DNA from: Alphaproteobacteria bacterium
GTDB taxonomy: Bacteria; Pseudomonadota; Alphaproteobacteria; UBA828
Assembly (NCBI GenBank): GCA_963667785.2
Contig: CAXXMU010000001.1
Location: forward strand, 1 to 64,000
Reading direction: 5' to 3'
Length of the DNA stretch: 64,000 nucleotides
The notes under the pieces are model-generated. The model worked only from the letters and a program-made list of their open reading frames with translations. It made no database searches and was not told the DNA's origin. This document shows positions 38,741 to 49,683 of the stretch, in pieces. Each line of letters starts with the position of its first letter. The stretch's first letter is position 1. Made by a program: the position numbers and the translations under genes.

Positions 38741-40966
38741 ATGGGAACAAGGCCGCGACGAGAGCAGGCCCTGCCGGGCCGCGTCCGCGGGGTGGCGTTT
38801 GCCGTGCTGGTGGCGATCGTCTGCGCCGTCGCAAGCGTCCCCGCCCGTGCGGATGCCGGGCCGCCGCTGCCGCCGCCGGTTTCGCAGGTGGACATCGCCT
38901 TCTACGTGGAGGCCTTCAGGGCGGCGAAGAACGACAACTGGCGCCGGGCCCACCGGCTCGCCGCGAAGGCCCTCGACCCGCTCGGCGCGACGATCCTGCG
39001 CTGGTGGGACTACAGCCGTCCGCAAACGCGCGCCTCGTTCACCGAGATCGCGCGGTTCATCGACGAGCATCCGGACTGGCCGTCTCCCGACGCGTTGCAG
39101 GCCAATGCCGAGAAGGCGATGACGGCGGGCGTTTCCGACGAGGAGGTGCTTGCCTGGTACCGCTGGCGCGATCCGGTCAGCAGCCGGGGCCGCCTGCGCT
39201 TCGCCGATGCCCTGCTCGGGGTCGGCGCGAGGGATCGCGCGGTGGCGCTCGTCCGCGCCGCGTGGATCGAGGGTTCGTTCACCGGGCGCGAACTGCGCGA
39301 GGCCTATCGCCGCTATCGCTCGATGCTGCGGCCGGAGGACCATGTCGCCCGCCTCGACCGCCTGGTGTGGAGCAATCAGCGGAGCGCCGCGCGCCGCACG
39401 TTCCGCTACGTCGACGAGGGCCAGCAGCGACTGGCGCAGGCGCGGCTCGCGCTGCGCGCGCGCGCCGGCGGCGTGGACTGGGCGATCGCGCAGGTGCCGG
39501 AGGCGCTTCGCGACGATGCCGGGCTCGTCTACGAGCGGCTGCGCTGGCGGCGCGCGAAGGGGCGCGACGAGCATGCCCGCGCGCTCCTGCAGGAGCTTCC
39601 CGAGCGCCTCGGCCCCCGCCCCAAGCTCTGGTGGCACGAGCGGGCGATCCTGGCGCGCCGCGCGCTCGAGGACGGCCTGAGCGCCGAGGCCTACGCGCTC
39701 GCCGCCGGTCACCGGCAGACATCGACCTCCTCCTTCTCCGCCGCCGAGTGGCTGGCCGGGTGGATCGCTCTCCGCTTCCTCGACGATGCGCCGCGCGCCT
39801 TCTCCCACTTCCTCCGCATGCACGACGCGGTGTCCATGCCGATCAGCCGGGCGCGCGCGGCCTATTGGGCGGGCCGGGCGGCCGATGCGCAGGGCGATGC
39901 GGTGGGCGCGGCTTTCTGGTACGACACGGCCGCCGCCTATCCGGGCACCTTCTACGGCCAGCTCGCCGTCGGCCGCATCGCCGCGCCGGACGCGCCGCTG
40001 ATCGCCGCCCGCGAGGACCCGGGCGAGGCGACGCTCGACGGCCACGCCCTGGTCGCCGCCGTCCGCATCCTCGAGTTTCTCGGCCGCGACGAGCTGCTCG
40101 CGCCGTTCTTCAACCGCCTTAGCGCGCTCGCCCGCAACGAGGCGGACCACGGCCTGATATCGGCGCTCGCGCACTCGATCGGACGGGCCGACCAGGCGAT
40201 TCGCTCCGCCCAGCGGGCCGCGCGGAACGGCTATGTCTCGGTGGGCCGCCTGTTCCCCCTGGTGGACGTGCCGTTCGCGCAGGACGACGCCTCTCTCGAG
40301 CACGCGCTGGTGCTTGCGCTGATCAGGCAAGAGAGCCGCTTCGACCGAAAGGCGCGGAGCGCTTCCGGCGCACTCGGCCTGATGCAGCTCATGCCGCGCA
40401 CCGCGCGCGACCTCGCCCGCCAGATGGGCGTGAGCGATTCCCGCACCCGGCTCACGACCAGTCGCGCCCACAACGTCGCGCTCGGCAGTCGCTATCTCCG
40501 CGACCTGGTGGCGCGCTTCGACGGCTCGTACCTGCTGGCGATCGCCGCCTACAATGGCGGGCCGCGAAACGTGCGCCGCTGGATCGCGGCCAACGGCGAC
40601 CCCCGCCAAGACCCGGACGTGGACGTGATCGACTGGATCGAGATGATCCCCCTCTCGGAGACGCGAAACTACGTGCAGCGGGTCCTCGAGGGGACTCAGG
40701 TCTATCGCTGGCAGCTCGGCGCGCGACCGACGGCGTCGAGTCTGGAGCACGATCTCGCGCGCGGCATGTCCGCCCGGTCGCTGGCGGCCCGCTGCGGGCA
40801 GGAGAGTGACGCCGCGCGCCATGGCCGGGCCGACTTCCGGGCGCTGTGCCGGCCGGCGCGGGGACGCATCGGCGACGCCGTCGCGCCTGCGGACCGTCCG
40901 GCGCCTGCCGGGAAGCGGCGCGCGGACCGGGGCCGGCTCTGGGGCCGGAGCCGGTTGCGCCCGTGA
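38741..40966 (+). CDS. Soluble lytic murein transglycosylase (Slt70-like)
   Basis: [33 protein letters not shown]; divergent from dapA. Confidence 0.92.
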   Translation: MGTRPRREQALPGRVRGVAFAVLVAIVCAVASVPARADAGPPLPPPVSQVDIAFYVEAFRAAKNDNWRRAHRLAAKALDPLGATILRWWDYSRPQTRASFTEIARFIDEHPDWPSPDALQANAEKAMTAGVSDEEVLAWYRWRDPVSSRGRLRFADALLGVGARDRAVALVRAAWIEGSFTGRELREAYRRYRSMLRPEDHVARLDRLVWSNQRSAARRTFRYVDEGQQRLAQARLALRARAGGVDWAIAQVPEALRDDAGLVYERLRWRRAKGRDEHARALLQELPERLGPRPKLWWHERAILARRALEDGLSAEAYALAAGHRQTSTSSFSAAEWLAGWIALRFLDDAPRAFSHFLRMHDAVSMPISRARAAYWAGRAADAQGDAVGAAFWYDTAAAYPGTFYGQLAVGRIAAPDAPLIAAREDPGEATLDGHALVAAVRILEFLGRDELLAPFFNRLSALARNEADHGLISALAHSIGRADQAIRSAQRAARNGYVSVGRLFPLVDVPFAQDDASLEHALVLALIRQESRFDRKARSASGALGLMQLMPRTARDLARQMGVSDSRTRLTTSRAHNVALGSRYLRDLVARFDGSYLLAIAAYNGGPRNVRRWIAANGDPRQDPDVDVIDWIEMIPLSETRNYVQRVLEGTQVYRWQLGARPTASSLEHDLARGMSARSLAARCGQESDAARHGRADFRALCRPARGRIGDAVAPADRPAPAGKRRADRGRLWGRSRLRP

Positions 40967-42003
40967 GCGGCGAGCGCGACGACGCGCCCGCAGCGGACGC
41001 GCCGGGCCCGCTGCCCACGCCGGCCGATGTGCGCGCGGCCGCAGGGCGGCTGGCGGGGCAGGCCGTCGAGACGCCGCTCCTGCGCGCGGATGCCCTCGAC
41101 GAGCTGATCGGCGGGCGGCTGCTGCTCAAGGCCGAGCCGCTCCAGCGCACCGGCTCGTTCAAGTTCCGCGGCGCCTACAACCGTCTGTCGCAGCTCCCCG
41201 CCGGCGCCGGCGAGGGCGGGGTGGTGGCGTACTCCTCGGGCAACCACGCCCAGGCCGTCGCGGCTGCCGCCAGGCTCGTCGGCGTGCCGGCGGTCATCGT
41301 CATGCCGAGGGACGCGCCCGAGGTGAAGATCGCGGGCACGCGCCGCCATGGCGCGGAGGTCGTGCTTTACGACCGCTCCAGCCAGGCGCGCGAGGCGCTG
41401 GGCGCGCGCATCGCGGCCGAACGCGGTGCCGTGCTGGTCAAGCCCTACGACGACTTCCACGTCATCGCCGGCCAGGGGACGGTCGGGCACGAGATCGTGC
41501 GCCAGTGCGAGGCCCTCGGCTGCCTGCCCGATGCGGTCGTCGTGCCGGCCGGCGGCGGCGGCCTGATGGCCGGCACCGGACTCGCCATCGCCGACGCGTG
41601 GCCGGGGACCCGCCTTCACACCGCGGAACCCGACGGCTACCATGACCACGCGATGTCGCTCGAACATGGCCGCCGCGTCGGCGTGCCCGGCGCGCAGGCC
41701 GGTAGCTTCTGCGACGCGCTTCTCGCCCCGATTCCGGGCGAGCTCACCTTCGCGATCAACGCCGGGCGCGTGCACAGCGGCGTCGCCGTGAGCGACCGCG
41801 AGGTCGGCGCCGCCATGCGCGCGGCTTTCGCCCATCTCAAGCTCGTCGTCGAGCCGGGGGGCGCCGTGGCGCTGGCGGCGCTGCTCGCGGGCAGGGTCGA
41901 GACGGCGGGGCGCACCGTGCTCGCGGTCCTCTCCGGCGGCAATGTCGACCCCGCCACCTTCGGCGCGGTGCTCGATCGGAGCGACGTTCCAGGTGCGGGC
42001 TAG
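40963..42003 (+). CDS. Threonine/serine dehydratase family (PLP)
   Basis: KAEPLQRTGSFKFRGA, SSGNHAQ, GGGGL, LSGGN. Confidence 0.92.
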   Translation: MSGERDDAPAADAPGPLPTPADVRAAAGRLAGQAVETPLLRADALDELIGGRLLLKAEPLQRTGSFKFRGAYNRLSQLPAGAGEGGVVAYSSGNHAQAVAAAARLVGVPAVIVMPRDAPEVKIAGTRRHGAEVVLYDRSSQAREALGARIAAERGAVLVKPYDDFHVIAGQGTVGHEIVRQCEALGCLPDAVVVPAGGGGLMAGTGLAIADAWPGTRLHTAEPDGYHDHAMSLEHGRRVGVPGAQAGSFCDALLAPIPGELTFAINAGRVHSGVAVSDREVGAAMRAAFAHLKLVVEPGGAVALAALLAGRVETAGRTVLAVLSGGNVDPATFGAVLDRSDVPGAG

Positions 42004-42847
42004 CCGCCGGCGGTCGCGGGGCCTGCGTGGCCGGCTCGCGGCGGCGGTGGCCGCGCTCCTCCTCGCGCTTCCGTTGCTCTCGGGCTGTGCGGTGCTCGAC
42101 CGGATGAACCGGGGAGCCCCCCCGGCGCTCGACGGGGCGCCGCCCATCGAGAGCCGCGGCGCCGACTGGCCGGTGCTGCCGCGCGAGGGCGGCGAGGATG
42201 GCTATGACGACCCCTTCGAGGGGATAAACCGCGTCTTCTTCTACTTCAACGGCGCGCTGGACTTCCTCTTCTTCGACCCCCTCGCCCGGTTCTATCGCGG
42301 CATGATGCCGACCGACGCGCGGCATGCGATCAGCCGCGCCTTCACCAACCTGACGGAGCCGGTCGTCGCGGCGAACCACCTGCTGCAGTCCGATGGCGAG
42401 CGCGCCGCCACGAGCGTCGGGCGCTTCCTGGTCAACAGCACTCTCGGCGTGGCGGGGCTCTTCGACGTCGCGACCGACTTCGGCCTGGAGGCGGACGACA
42501 CGGACTTCGGCCAGACCCTCCACCACTACGGGATCGCCGACGGTCCCTATCTCGTGCTGCCTGTCTTCGGCTCCTACACGGCGCGCGACGCCGCGGGCCT
42601 GGGCGTCGATGCCCTGCTCGATGCGCGCCCCTACGTGCTCGATCCCGCCCCCCTCGTCACGCTTTTCGCTGGCGAGGGCGTGGTGCGCCGCGAGGAGCTG
42701 ATCGACCCGATCGATTACCTGATCGAGTATGCCGTCGATCACTACGAGGCGGTGCGCGCCTGGGAGTATCAGCAGCGCCAGCGCGAGCTCACCGGCGGCT
42801 GCACGGAGCCCAAATACGTGATCTGCCCCGGCTACGCCGGGGAGTGA
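41993..42847 (+). CDS. mlaA: VacJ/MlaA family lipoprotein
   Basis: LSGC lipobox, DPFEGINR, NSTLGVAGLFDVA, DFGQTL, GPYLVLP; start approximate. Confidence 0.88.
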   Translation: MRASRRRSRGLRGRLAAAVAALLLALPLLSGCAVLDRMNRGAPPALDGAPPIESRGADWPVLPREGGEDGYDDPFEGINRVFFYFNGALDFLFFDPLARFYRGMMPTDARHAISRAFTNLTEPVVAANHLLQSDGERAATSVGRFLVNSTLGVAGLFDVATDFGLEADDTDFGQTLHHYGIADGPYLVLPVFGSYTARDAAGLGVDALLDARPYVLDPAPLVTLFAGEGVVRREELIDPIDYLIEYAVDHYEAVRAWEYQQRQRELTGGCTEPKYVICPGYAGE

Positions 42848-42865
42848 GCCGCCGCGCCGGGCGGA

Positions 42866-43552
42866 TCAGTCCGCGTCGAGCGGCCCCTCTCCGCCGGGAT
42901 AGCAGAAGGACGCCCGGGGCGCGTAGAAGCCGAAGGTGATCTCCAGCGGCGACTTCGGCCGCAGCGCGTGGCACGAGTGGTCCGGCGCCAGGAACTCGAG
43001 CGAGAGAAGCTCGAAGTCGTCCACAGGCTCGCCCACATAGGCGTAGTTGCCGCTCGTCAGGCGACCATCGACGGCCGTGATGTAGCGCAGGTGGCCGCGC
43101 GCGGTCTCGCCGATGCCGGCGCCCACGCGGGCGACGCTGCGGATGATCGGCTCGTCGTCGTCCGCATAGGTGATGGCGGTCAGGCGGTCGCCGTCGAGAT
43201 CGAGCGTGGTGCGGCCCGGCGTCGCCGGCACGCCGCGCTTCGCGGCATAGTCGCGCATCACCGGGCTCGAGTTCAGGTAGTGGGTCCACCAGCGCCCCGG
43301 CGTTCCGTCCTCGAGGTCGAGCCCGGCGAGATCGAGACCCGCGTAGGTCAGCGAGTAGGCGCCGAAGTGCGAGGTCTGCTCGTCCCTGTCGACGACATAC
43401 TGGTTGATGAAGATCGCCCGATCCTCGGCCGGCGCGAGCCCCGCCGGCAGCAGCGCGGCCGCGGCCGCCGGATCCTCCGGCACCCAGCAGAAGTAGAGCA
43501 TGCGGGAATTGACGATCAGTTGCGGTGCGAGCGGCAGCGCCATGTCTCTCAC
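42866..43552 (-). CDS. Acetoacetate decarboxylase-like protein
   Basis: AAAALLPAGL, FGAYSLTYAG; beta-rich fold pattern. Confidence 0.6.
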   Translation of the reverse strand: MRDMALPLAPQLIVNSRMLYFCWVPEDPAAAAALLPAGLAPAEDRAIFINQYVVDRDEQTSHFGAYSLTYAGLDLAGLDLEDGTPGRWWTHYLNSSPVMRDYAAKRGVPATPGRTTLDLDGDRLTAITYADDDEPIIRSVARVGAGIGETARGHLRYITAVDGRLTSGNYAYVGEPVDDFELLSLEFLAPDHSCHALRPKSPLEITFGFYAPRASFCYPGGEGPLDAD

Positions 43553-43570
43553 TCCCTGCGTGTGGTTTGG

Positions 43571-44734
43571 CTATCCCGATCCGGCGAGTCGCTTCCGAAT
43601 GGCCTCGAATGAAGGATAGAGGCGCAAGTCCTTGCTCATGATCGTACCGGCGCCGTAGCCCCGGAAGGATGTACCTGCGGTGATCCAGGAGTAGCGATCG
43701 GTGAAGCCCCAGAGCACCACGTCTTCGGTCGATGGGCTTTTGAGCGCACCGAAGAAGACATTGCTGAACAGAGCTGCCTGTTTCTTGAGCTTCTTCGCCG
43801 TTACCGGCTCGCGTACGCGCACGTCCAACTCAGTGATGTGGGTGCTGAGGCCGAGGGCGGCGAAGCGTTCAAAGTTTTCGACGACTGCGCTGGACTTCGG
43901 ATAGTCCAATCCTGGCTCAAGATGGAATTGGAACCCCACCCCGTCGATCGGAGTGCCCTGCTTAATCAGGTAGGCGACCAACTTGTAGTATTCCTTGAGC
44001 CGGTCGTACTTGTTGTAATCCTGACCCAGAAAGTCGGCACCCCATTCATTGATGATCAGCTTGGCATTCGGGTCCACGCGGCGCGCGTGCTCGAAGGCGA
44101 GCTTGACGTAGTCCGGCCCTATCTTCTCGAACCACACGTTCGGGGAGAAGAGCACCCCATCGACTCTACGGGCACCGAACTGCGAACCCAATGGTTCGTT
44201 CACGACTATCCAATCGCTGATTTGTCCGGCGTAGCGCGACATGACGGTCTCGATGTACTCCTGCAGCAGGGCGATCGCTTCCTCGCGCGACATGTCCTTT
44301 TCGTGCACCCACGCCGGCGTGGGCGTCCAGCCGCCGAACATGTCGTGGCCGGAGGGCACTCCGAAGACCAAGGTATGTCCGCGCACCTGCTGACCGTGCT
44401 TTTGCGCGGCGGTGACAACCTGGTCGAGCGCCCAGAAGTCCCAATGCTCCGGCGTCGGCCGGATGTCGGTCATGTAGGCGCCGTACTCCGGCACCACCAG
44501 CGAGAAGTGGCGATCCACTAGCGCCATGTACGGGGGATCGTAGAACCCGCCCGGGGATACTGCCGTGCCGATCTTGAGGCCACGCTGGTCCGCGAGGTCA
44601 CGCAACGTCGGCCCCTGATCGGACATTGCCTGATCGTCAGCCGCCAAGGGTGAGAATGCGGCCCAGGCTCCCAGGACGACAGCCACGACTGCGGCCAGGG
44701 CCGGCAGGGGACGTGCTGTGCGGGTCATGGCCAT
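43571..44734 (-). CDS. Glycoside hydrolase family 10 (endo-1,4-beta-xylanase-like), secreted
   Basis: VRGHTLVF, WIVVNEP (acid/base), IDGVGFQFH, HITELDV (nucleophile), WGFTDRYSW; signal peptide. Confidence 0.9.
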   Translation of the reverse strand: MAMTRTARPLPALAAVVAVVLGAWAAFSPLAADDQAMSDQGPTLRDLADQRGLKIGTAVSPGGFYDPPYMALVDRHFSLVVPEYGAYMTDIRPTPEHWDFWALDQVVTAAQKHGQQVRGHTLVFGVPSGHDMFGGWTPTPAWVHEKDMSREEAIALLQEYIETVMSRYAGQISDWIVVNEPLGSQFGARRVDGVLFSPNVWFEKIGPDYVKLAFEHARRVDPNAKLIINEWGADFLGQDYNKYDRLKEYYKLVAYLIKQGTPIDGVGFQFHLEPGLDYPKSSAVVENFERFAALGLSTHITELDVRVREPVTAKKLKKQAALFSNVFFGALKSPSTEDVVLWGFTDRYSWITAGTSFRGYGAGTIMSKDLRLYPSFEAIRKRLAGSG

Positions 44735-44810
44735 GTCCTCCTTGGCGTGTTCGGGCGGCGCGGGCGGGCGCGGCCCTGCTGCGACCCGCCGCCCGCGTCC
44801 CGATTGCGCC

Positions 44811-46214
44811 TCAGCCGGCCCAGACGTTCTCGCGGACGAGGTCGTTCTGGGTCGCGATGATGCTCTCCCGCAGGGTCTCGACGAGCTGGTCGATCTGATC
44901 GCGGGTGAGCGTCAGCGGCGGCGAGAGCACGTTCATGTGGCCGAGCGGGCGCACCAGCAGGCCGCGCTCCCGGCAGTGGTGGGTGATCCGCGCGCCGATC
45001 TTGGCATCGAGGTCGAAGACCTCCCGCGTCTCCTTGTCCTTCACCGCCTCCACGCACATCATGAACTTGCTGCCGCGCACGTCGCCGATGAGCGGCAGCG
45101 TCAGAAGCTCGCCCAGCCGCTCCTCGAAGTAGGGGCCGACCTCGCGCACGTGGCTGCACAGGTCCTCGCGCTCCATGATCTCGATGTTCTTCAGCGCCGC
45201 GGCGCAGGAGACCGGGTGCCCGGCATAGGTGAAGCCGTGGGTGAAGAGCGCGCCCTTGGACTGGGGCACGCTGATGACCTCGTAGATGGCATCGGAGAAG
45301 AGCGTCGCCGCGTGCGGGATGTAGCCGGACGTGAGCCCCTTGGCCGAGGTGATGATGTCGGGGGTGATGTCGAACACGGGCTCCGAGGCGAAGAAGTGCC
45401 CGAGCCGCCCGAAGCCCGTCACCACCTCGTCCGAGATGTAGAGCACCTCGTACTTCTCGCACACCGCCTTGGTGCGGGCGTGGTAGCCGGGCGGGGGCAC
45501 GATCACGCCGCCGCCGCCCATGATCGGCTCGGCGATGAAGCAGGCGACGTTCTCCGGCCCGAGCTCAAGGATCTTGTTCTCGAGGTCGGCGACCTTCTCG
45601 TCGCAGAACTCCTCCACGCTCATGCCGGCCGGGCGGCGGTAGGTGTGGGGCGCCGGGATGTGGTGCACCAGGTCGGGCGCGAGGTCGAAGCCGTCATGGT
45701 CGAACTTCACGCCGGTCATGGTCATCGCGAGGTAGGTCGAGCCGTGGTAGGCGTCGACGCGGGAGATGATCTTCTTCTTCTCCGGCTTGCCGAGCCGGTT
45801 GAAGTAGAAGTGGATGACGCGGACGGCGGTGTCGTTCGCCATCGATCCGCCGGTGCCGTAGAAGACGTGGTTGATGGAGGCGGGCGCGAGCTCGGCCAGC
45901 TTCGCCGCGAGCTCCGCCGCCGGCGGCGTCGTCAGATGCGTGAAGGTCGAGTAATAGGGGATGCGACGCACCTGATCGGCCATCGCCTGGGCCATCTCGT
46001 CGCGGCCGTAGCCGATGTTGACGCACCACAGCCCGCCGATGCCGTCCATGTAGCGCTCGCCCTCGGCGTTGTAGACGTAGACCCCGTCTGCCTCCGCCAT
46101 GACCTCCGAGCCTTCCTGCTTGAAGGTCGAGAAGTCCGTCCAGGGATGGATGTTGTGGTGCAGGTCCTTCTGCCGAAGGTCCTCGTTGTCGTACTGGGTG
46201 AAATTCGCCCTCAT
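44811..46214 (-). CDS. Class III aminotransferase
   Basis: DGIGGLWC, FIAEPIMG, SDEVVTGFGRLG, SAKGLTSGY, HGFTYAGHP. Confidence 0.95.
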   Translation of the reverse strand: MRANFTQYDNEDLRQKDLHHNIHPWTDFSTFKQEGSEVMAEADGVYVYNAEGERYMDGIGGLWCVNIGYGRDEMAQAMADQVRRIPYYSTFTHLTTPPAAELAAKLAELAPASINHVFYGTGGSMANDTAVRVIHFYFNRLGKPEKKKIISRVDAYHGSTYLAMTMTGVKFDHDGFDLAPDLVHHIPAPHTYRRPAGMSVEEFCDEKVADLENKILELGPENVACFIAEPIMGGGGVIVPPPGYHARTKAVCEKYEVLYISDEVVTGFGRLGHFFASEPVFDITPDIITSAKGLTSGYIPHAATLFSDAIYEVISVPQSKGALFTHGFTYAGHPVSCAAALKNIEIMEREDLCSHVREVGPYFEERLGELLTLPLIGDVRGSKFMMCVEAVKDKETREVFDLDAKIGARITHHCRERGLLVRPLGHMNVLSPPLTLTRDQIDQLVETLRESIIATQNDLVRENVWAG

Positions 46215-46383
46215 CGCGCCCTCCTATCGCTCCACGCGGCACCGGGAGCCTGACTGATCCCGGAGCCTATCGCGGCGCGTGCGCCACGGCTAGCCACGGC
46301 GCCCCTCCCGCGATGCGCGGCGCCGGCGCTGTACATCGGGGCACGGCCGGTCTAAGACCCCCACGCCAGCCCGGAGGACACCC

Positions 46384-46971
46384 ATGAAGCTCTATTCCAG
46401 CCCGGCCACGCCGTTCGGCCGCAAGGCAGCGATCGTCGCGCACGAGCACGGCATCGCGCTGGACGTCGTGAACGTGAACCCGTTCACCTCGGACGAGCTG
46501 GAGCGGCTCAACCCGATCAAGCTCATTCCCGTGCTGGTGCTGGACGACGGCCGCGTGCTCTACGACAGCCACGTCATCTGCGCCCATCTCGACGAGACCG
46601 GCGGTGGCCCGACCCTCTACCCGGAGGCCGACCGGCTGGACTGGCAGCGGCGCATGACGCTGGGCACGGCGCTGACGGAGACGAGCGTCCTCTGGCTCTT
46701 CCAGAAGCGCCAGCCGGCGGACCAGCAGAGCGCCAACCTCAAGACCCACTACGAGAGCAGGGTGCGGCGCATCACGGCCGCGCTCGACGCAGAAGCCGAC
46801 GCGCTCGCGGCCGCGCCCTTCCGCGTCGACCATGTCGCGGTGATCTGCGGCATCGGCCACCTGGAGTTCCGTCACGATGCGGCGTGGCGGGCGGACTGCC
46901 CCCGGCTCACGGCGTGGTACGAGGGCATGCAGGGCCGGCCGAGCGTGGCCGCGACGCAGCCCACGGACTGA
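46384..46971 (+). CDS. Glutathione S-transferase family protein
   Basis: TPFGRK, NPIKLIPVL, LYDSHVICAHLD. Confidence 0.9.
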   Translation: MKLYSSPATPFGRKAAIVAHEHGIALDVVNVNPFTSDELERLNPIKLIPVLVLDDGRVLYDSHVICAHLDETGGGPTLYPEADRLDWQRRMTLGTALTETSVLWLFQKRQPADQQSANLKTHYESRVRRITAALDAEADALAAAPFRVDHVAVICGIGHLEFRHDAAWRADCPRLTAWYEGMQGRPSVAATQPTD

Positions 46972-46991
46972 ACCCGGCAAGAGGACCATCC

Positions 46992-47714
46992 ATGATCGAC
47001 CTGCACTACTGGCCGACGCCCAACGGCAAGAAGGTGACCATCCTGCTGGAGGAATGCGGGATGCCCTATCGCCTCGTCCCCTGCCACATCGGCAAGGGCG
47101 ATCAGTTCGAGGACTCGTTCCTCGGCATCAGCCCCAACAACCGCATGCCCGCGATGGTGGACCACGAGCCGGCGGGCGGCGGCGCGCCGGTCAGCGTCTT
47201 CGAGTCCGGCGCGATGATGATGTACATCGCCGAGAAGGCCGGCCGCTTCTATCCGCAGGACCTGCACGGCCGCTACGAGGTCAACCAGTGGATCATGTGG
47301 CAGATGGCGAACCAGGGCCCGAAGTTCGGCGAGTTCGGCCATTTCCGCCGGCTCAAGGACACAGAGGGCGACCAGAGCTATGCCATCACCCGCTTCGGCA
47401 ACGAGGTGAACCGGCTCTACGGCGTGATGAACAACCGGCTCTACGACCGCGCCTATCTCGCGGGCGAGGACTACACCATCGCCGACATGATCTCCTATCC
47501 CTGGGCCGTCTACTGGGAATCGCAGGGCCAGGACATCGAGGAGTTCAGGCACTTCAAGCGCTGGTTCGAGGAGCTGTCGGCGCGGGATGCCGTGCAGCGC
47601 GGCATGGCGGCGGGCGAAGACCTGCCCGAAGACCCCGACACGATCCCGGAAGAAGAGAAGCAGCGCCGCCACGCGCTCCTCTACAACCAGCGCGCCCGGC
47701 CCGCGCCGGGCTGA
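46992..47714 (+). CDS. Glutathione S-transferase, YfcG/YghU-like
   Basis: YWPTPNGKK, ISPNNRMPA, FESGAMM. Confidence 0.92.
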   Translation: MIDLHYWPTPNGKKVTILLEECGMPYRLVPCHIGKGDQFEDSFLGISPNNRMPAMVDHEPAGGGAPVSVFESGAMMMYIAEKAGRFYPQDLHGRYEVNQWIMWQMANQGPKFGEFGHFRRLKDTEGDQSYAITRFGNEVNRLYGVMNNRLYDRAYLAGEDYTIADMISYPWAVYWESQGQDIEEFRHFKRWFEELSARDAVQRGMAAGEDLPEDPDTIPEEEKQRRHALLYNQRARPAPG

Positions 47715-47766
47715 GGGATCAGGGCCTTTCGCGGGCCTTTCGCGTCGGGCGCCTACCCTCTGCCGG

Positions 47767-48381
47767 TTACGGCGCTTCCCCTCGGCTGAGAACGAGTCGA
47801 ATGCCGAGCGCACCGAGGACGATGGCTGCGCCGCGGTCGATATAGGCCTTGGCCCGCATGTAGCGCGTCGAGACTGCCTGCGTGCTCATGCAGAATGCGA
47901 GGGTCGTATAGAAAGCCACCTCGACCAGGAAGTGATTGATCACGATTACGAAGCTCTCGGCAACGGAGAGGCCGGCGGGAAACACGGCGACGAGAACCGC
48001 TGCGGCGAAGAGCACGGATTTCGGATTGAGAAGATTGACGAGGAAGCCCTGCCGGAACGCGCGCTTGGCCGGGGGGATACGCGCCGTGACTGGCGCAGAC
48101 GCGTTCCTCCACATCTTGTACGCCAGGTACAGAAGATAGGCGCCCCCTGCGATTTTCGCGCCGACGTAGACCATCGGGAACAGTTCGAAGACCACGGCGA
48201 GGCCGAGAAGAGCCATCAACGTCCAGAGCGCAGCCATCAGACCGAGGCCGATTCCGACGGCGACTCCGGCCGCGCGCCCCCTGCTTGCGGAGGTATGGGT
48301 GGCCATCAGCAAGGCGGGACCGGGACTCGCGATGGCAACGAGCAGGGCGATGTTGAATGCGACGAGCTGTTCCCACGTCAT
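47767..48381 (-). CDS. LysE/RhtB family translocator
   Basis: SPGPALL, GGAYLLYLAYKMWR, GFLVNLLNPKS. Confidence 0.93.
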   Translation of the reverse strand: MTWEQLVAFNIALLVAIASPGPALLMATHTSASRGRAAGVAVGIGLGLMAALWTLMALLGLAVVFELFPMVYVGAKIAGGAYLLYLAYKMWRNASAPVTARIPPAKRAFRQGFLVNLLNPKSVLFAAAVLVAVFPAGLSVAESFVIVINHFLVEVAFYTTLAFCMSTQAVSTRYMRAKAYIDRGAAIVLGALGIRLVLSRGEAP

Positions 48382-48504
48382 GACCTGATCCTGTGACGAA
48401 GGCTGTGGGCTGAACGACGACGGCTTACTGCCGGGGGCCTTGCGGCGCTCGCGGGGCAGAGAGCGAGTGACGGGGCGGCACCGCCCGCGTCCTCCGAGCC
48501 CCCG

Positions 48505-49536
48505 TCAGCTCACGGGCTTCCACTCGCCGGCCGGCTTGAGCTTCTTCGCCTCGGGGATCACCTCGGCGCCGAAGCGCTCGATCTGGTCGAGCTGCTCGGA
48601 GAGTTCGCCCGAGGGGCATTCCAGCATGCAGACCGCCATCGAGAAGCCGGCTGCGGCGAGCGCAGCGAGGTCCTCGACGATCTGCTCGGCGGTGCCGGTG
48701 CAGGTGCGGCGGGGCGTGGCCTCCGAGGCCGGATCGCGGGCGTCGGTGATGCGCGCGGTGGCCGCGCACATCATCATGAAGTCGGACGGGCCGCGGCCCT
48801 GCGCCTCCAGCTCGCGGCGCACCTCGTCCTGCAAGGGGGCGAAGCGGCCGGCGTCGACGTGGGAATCGAGGAAGAGCGGATAGAGGCCGTCGCAGAAGCG
48901 CGCCGCGCGCCGGGCGCCGCGGATCGTGTTGCCGCCGAAGACGATGGGCGGGTGCGGGTCCTGCTGCGCCGGCTTCGGGTCCTGGGAGACGTTCCTGAAG
49001 CTGTAGTAGTCGCCTTCGAAGGTGGCGAGGTCGCCGGTCCACGACGCCTTGTAGATCTGGATGCACTCCTCGGTGCGCCGGTTGCGCTCCTCGTAGTCGA
49101 TGCCGACGGCGTCGAACTCCTCGACCATCCAGCCGACGCCGACGCCGAGCATCAGCCGGCCGCCGGAGAGCCGGTCGACGGTCATGAACTGGCGCGCGTC
49201 CGAGAGCGGGTGCCTATAGGGCGCGATGAGCACGCTGGTGGCGAGCTTCAGCGTCGTGGTCTTCACCGCCACCGCGCCCATGACGACGGCGGCGTCCAGC
49301 ATGTTGTGGCGGCGCTGGTAGGCGCGCTGGCCGGAGACGTTCGCGGTGTGGTGGCTCTCCGAATCGTAGGGCATGCAGACATGGTCGGGATACCAGATGG
49401 AGTGGATGCCCGCGCGCTCCGCGGTCTCGGCCACCCTGATCGGGTCCATCTGCTCCACCGGCGTGTGGTGGAGGAACATGTTCACGTCGTCGCGATAGGA
49501 CTGCCCGTGCGTGTTTCCGTAAAGCCCGACTTCCAT
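48505..49536 (-). CDS. LLM class flavin-dependent oxidoreductase
   Basis: SIWYPDHV, DRLSGGRLMLGVGVGW..EF, PKPAQ..PPIVFGG. Confidence 0.9.
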   Translation of the reverse strand: MEVGLYGNTHGQSYRDDVNMFLHHTPVEQMDPIRVAETAERAGIHSIWYPDHVCMPYDSESHHTANVSGQRAYQRRHNMLDAAVVMGAVAVKTTTLKLATSVLIAPYRHPLSDARQFMTVDRLSGGRLMLGVGVGWMVEEFDAVGIDYEERNRRTEECIQIYKASWTGDLATFEGDYYSFRNVSQDPKPAQQDPHPPIVFGGNTIRGARRAARFCDGLYPLFLDSHVDAGRFAPLQDEVRRELEAQGRGPSDFMMMCAATARITDARDPASEATPRRTCTGTAEQIVEDLAALAAAGFSMAVCMLECPSGELSEQLDQIERFGAEVIPEAKKLKPAGEWKPVS

Positions 49537-49683
49537 GATGCTGTCCCCTTCGTTGGCGCAGGCGCTGGCGCGCCGGGATTATGCCGCCCGCGCCGGCTGG
49601 CTGGAAGCGTCGCGCAGACCATGGCCCTGGTGAGAAAGGCGGGCTAGCCTCGCGGCGCCGAACGGTCACGTGGGGGAGCGGCC

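Noticed and set aside
38741-40966. Slt as the cluster's endolysin
   Set aside because: Standard Slt70 divergent from dapA in conserved host synteny, 11 kb from the cluster.
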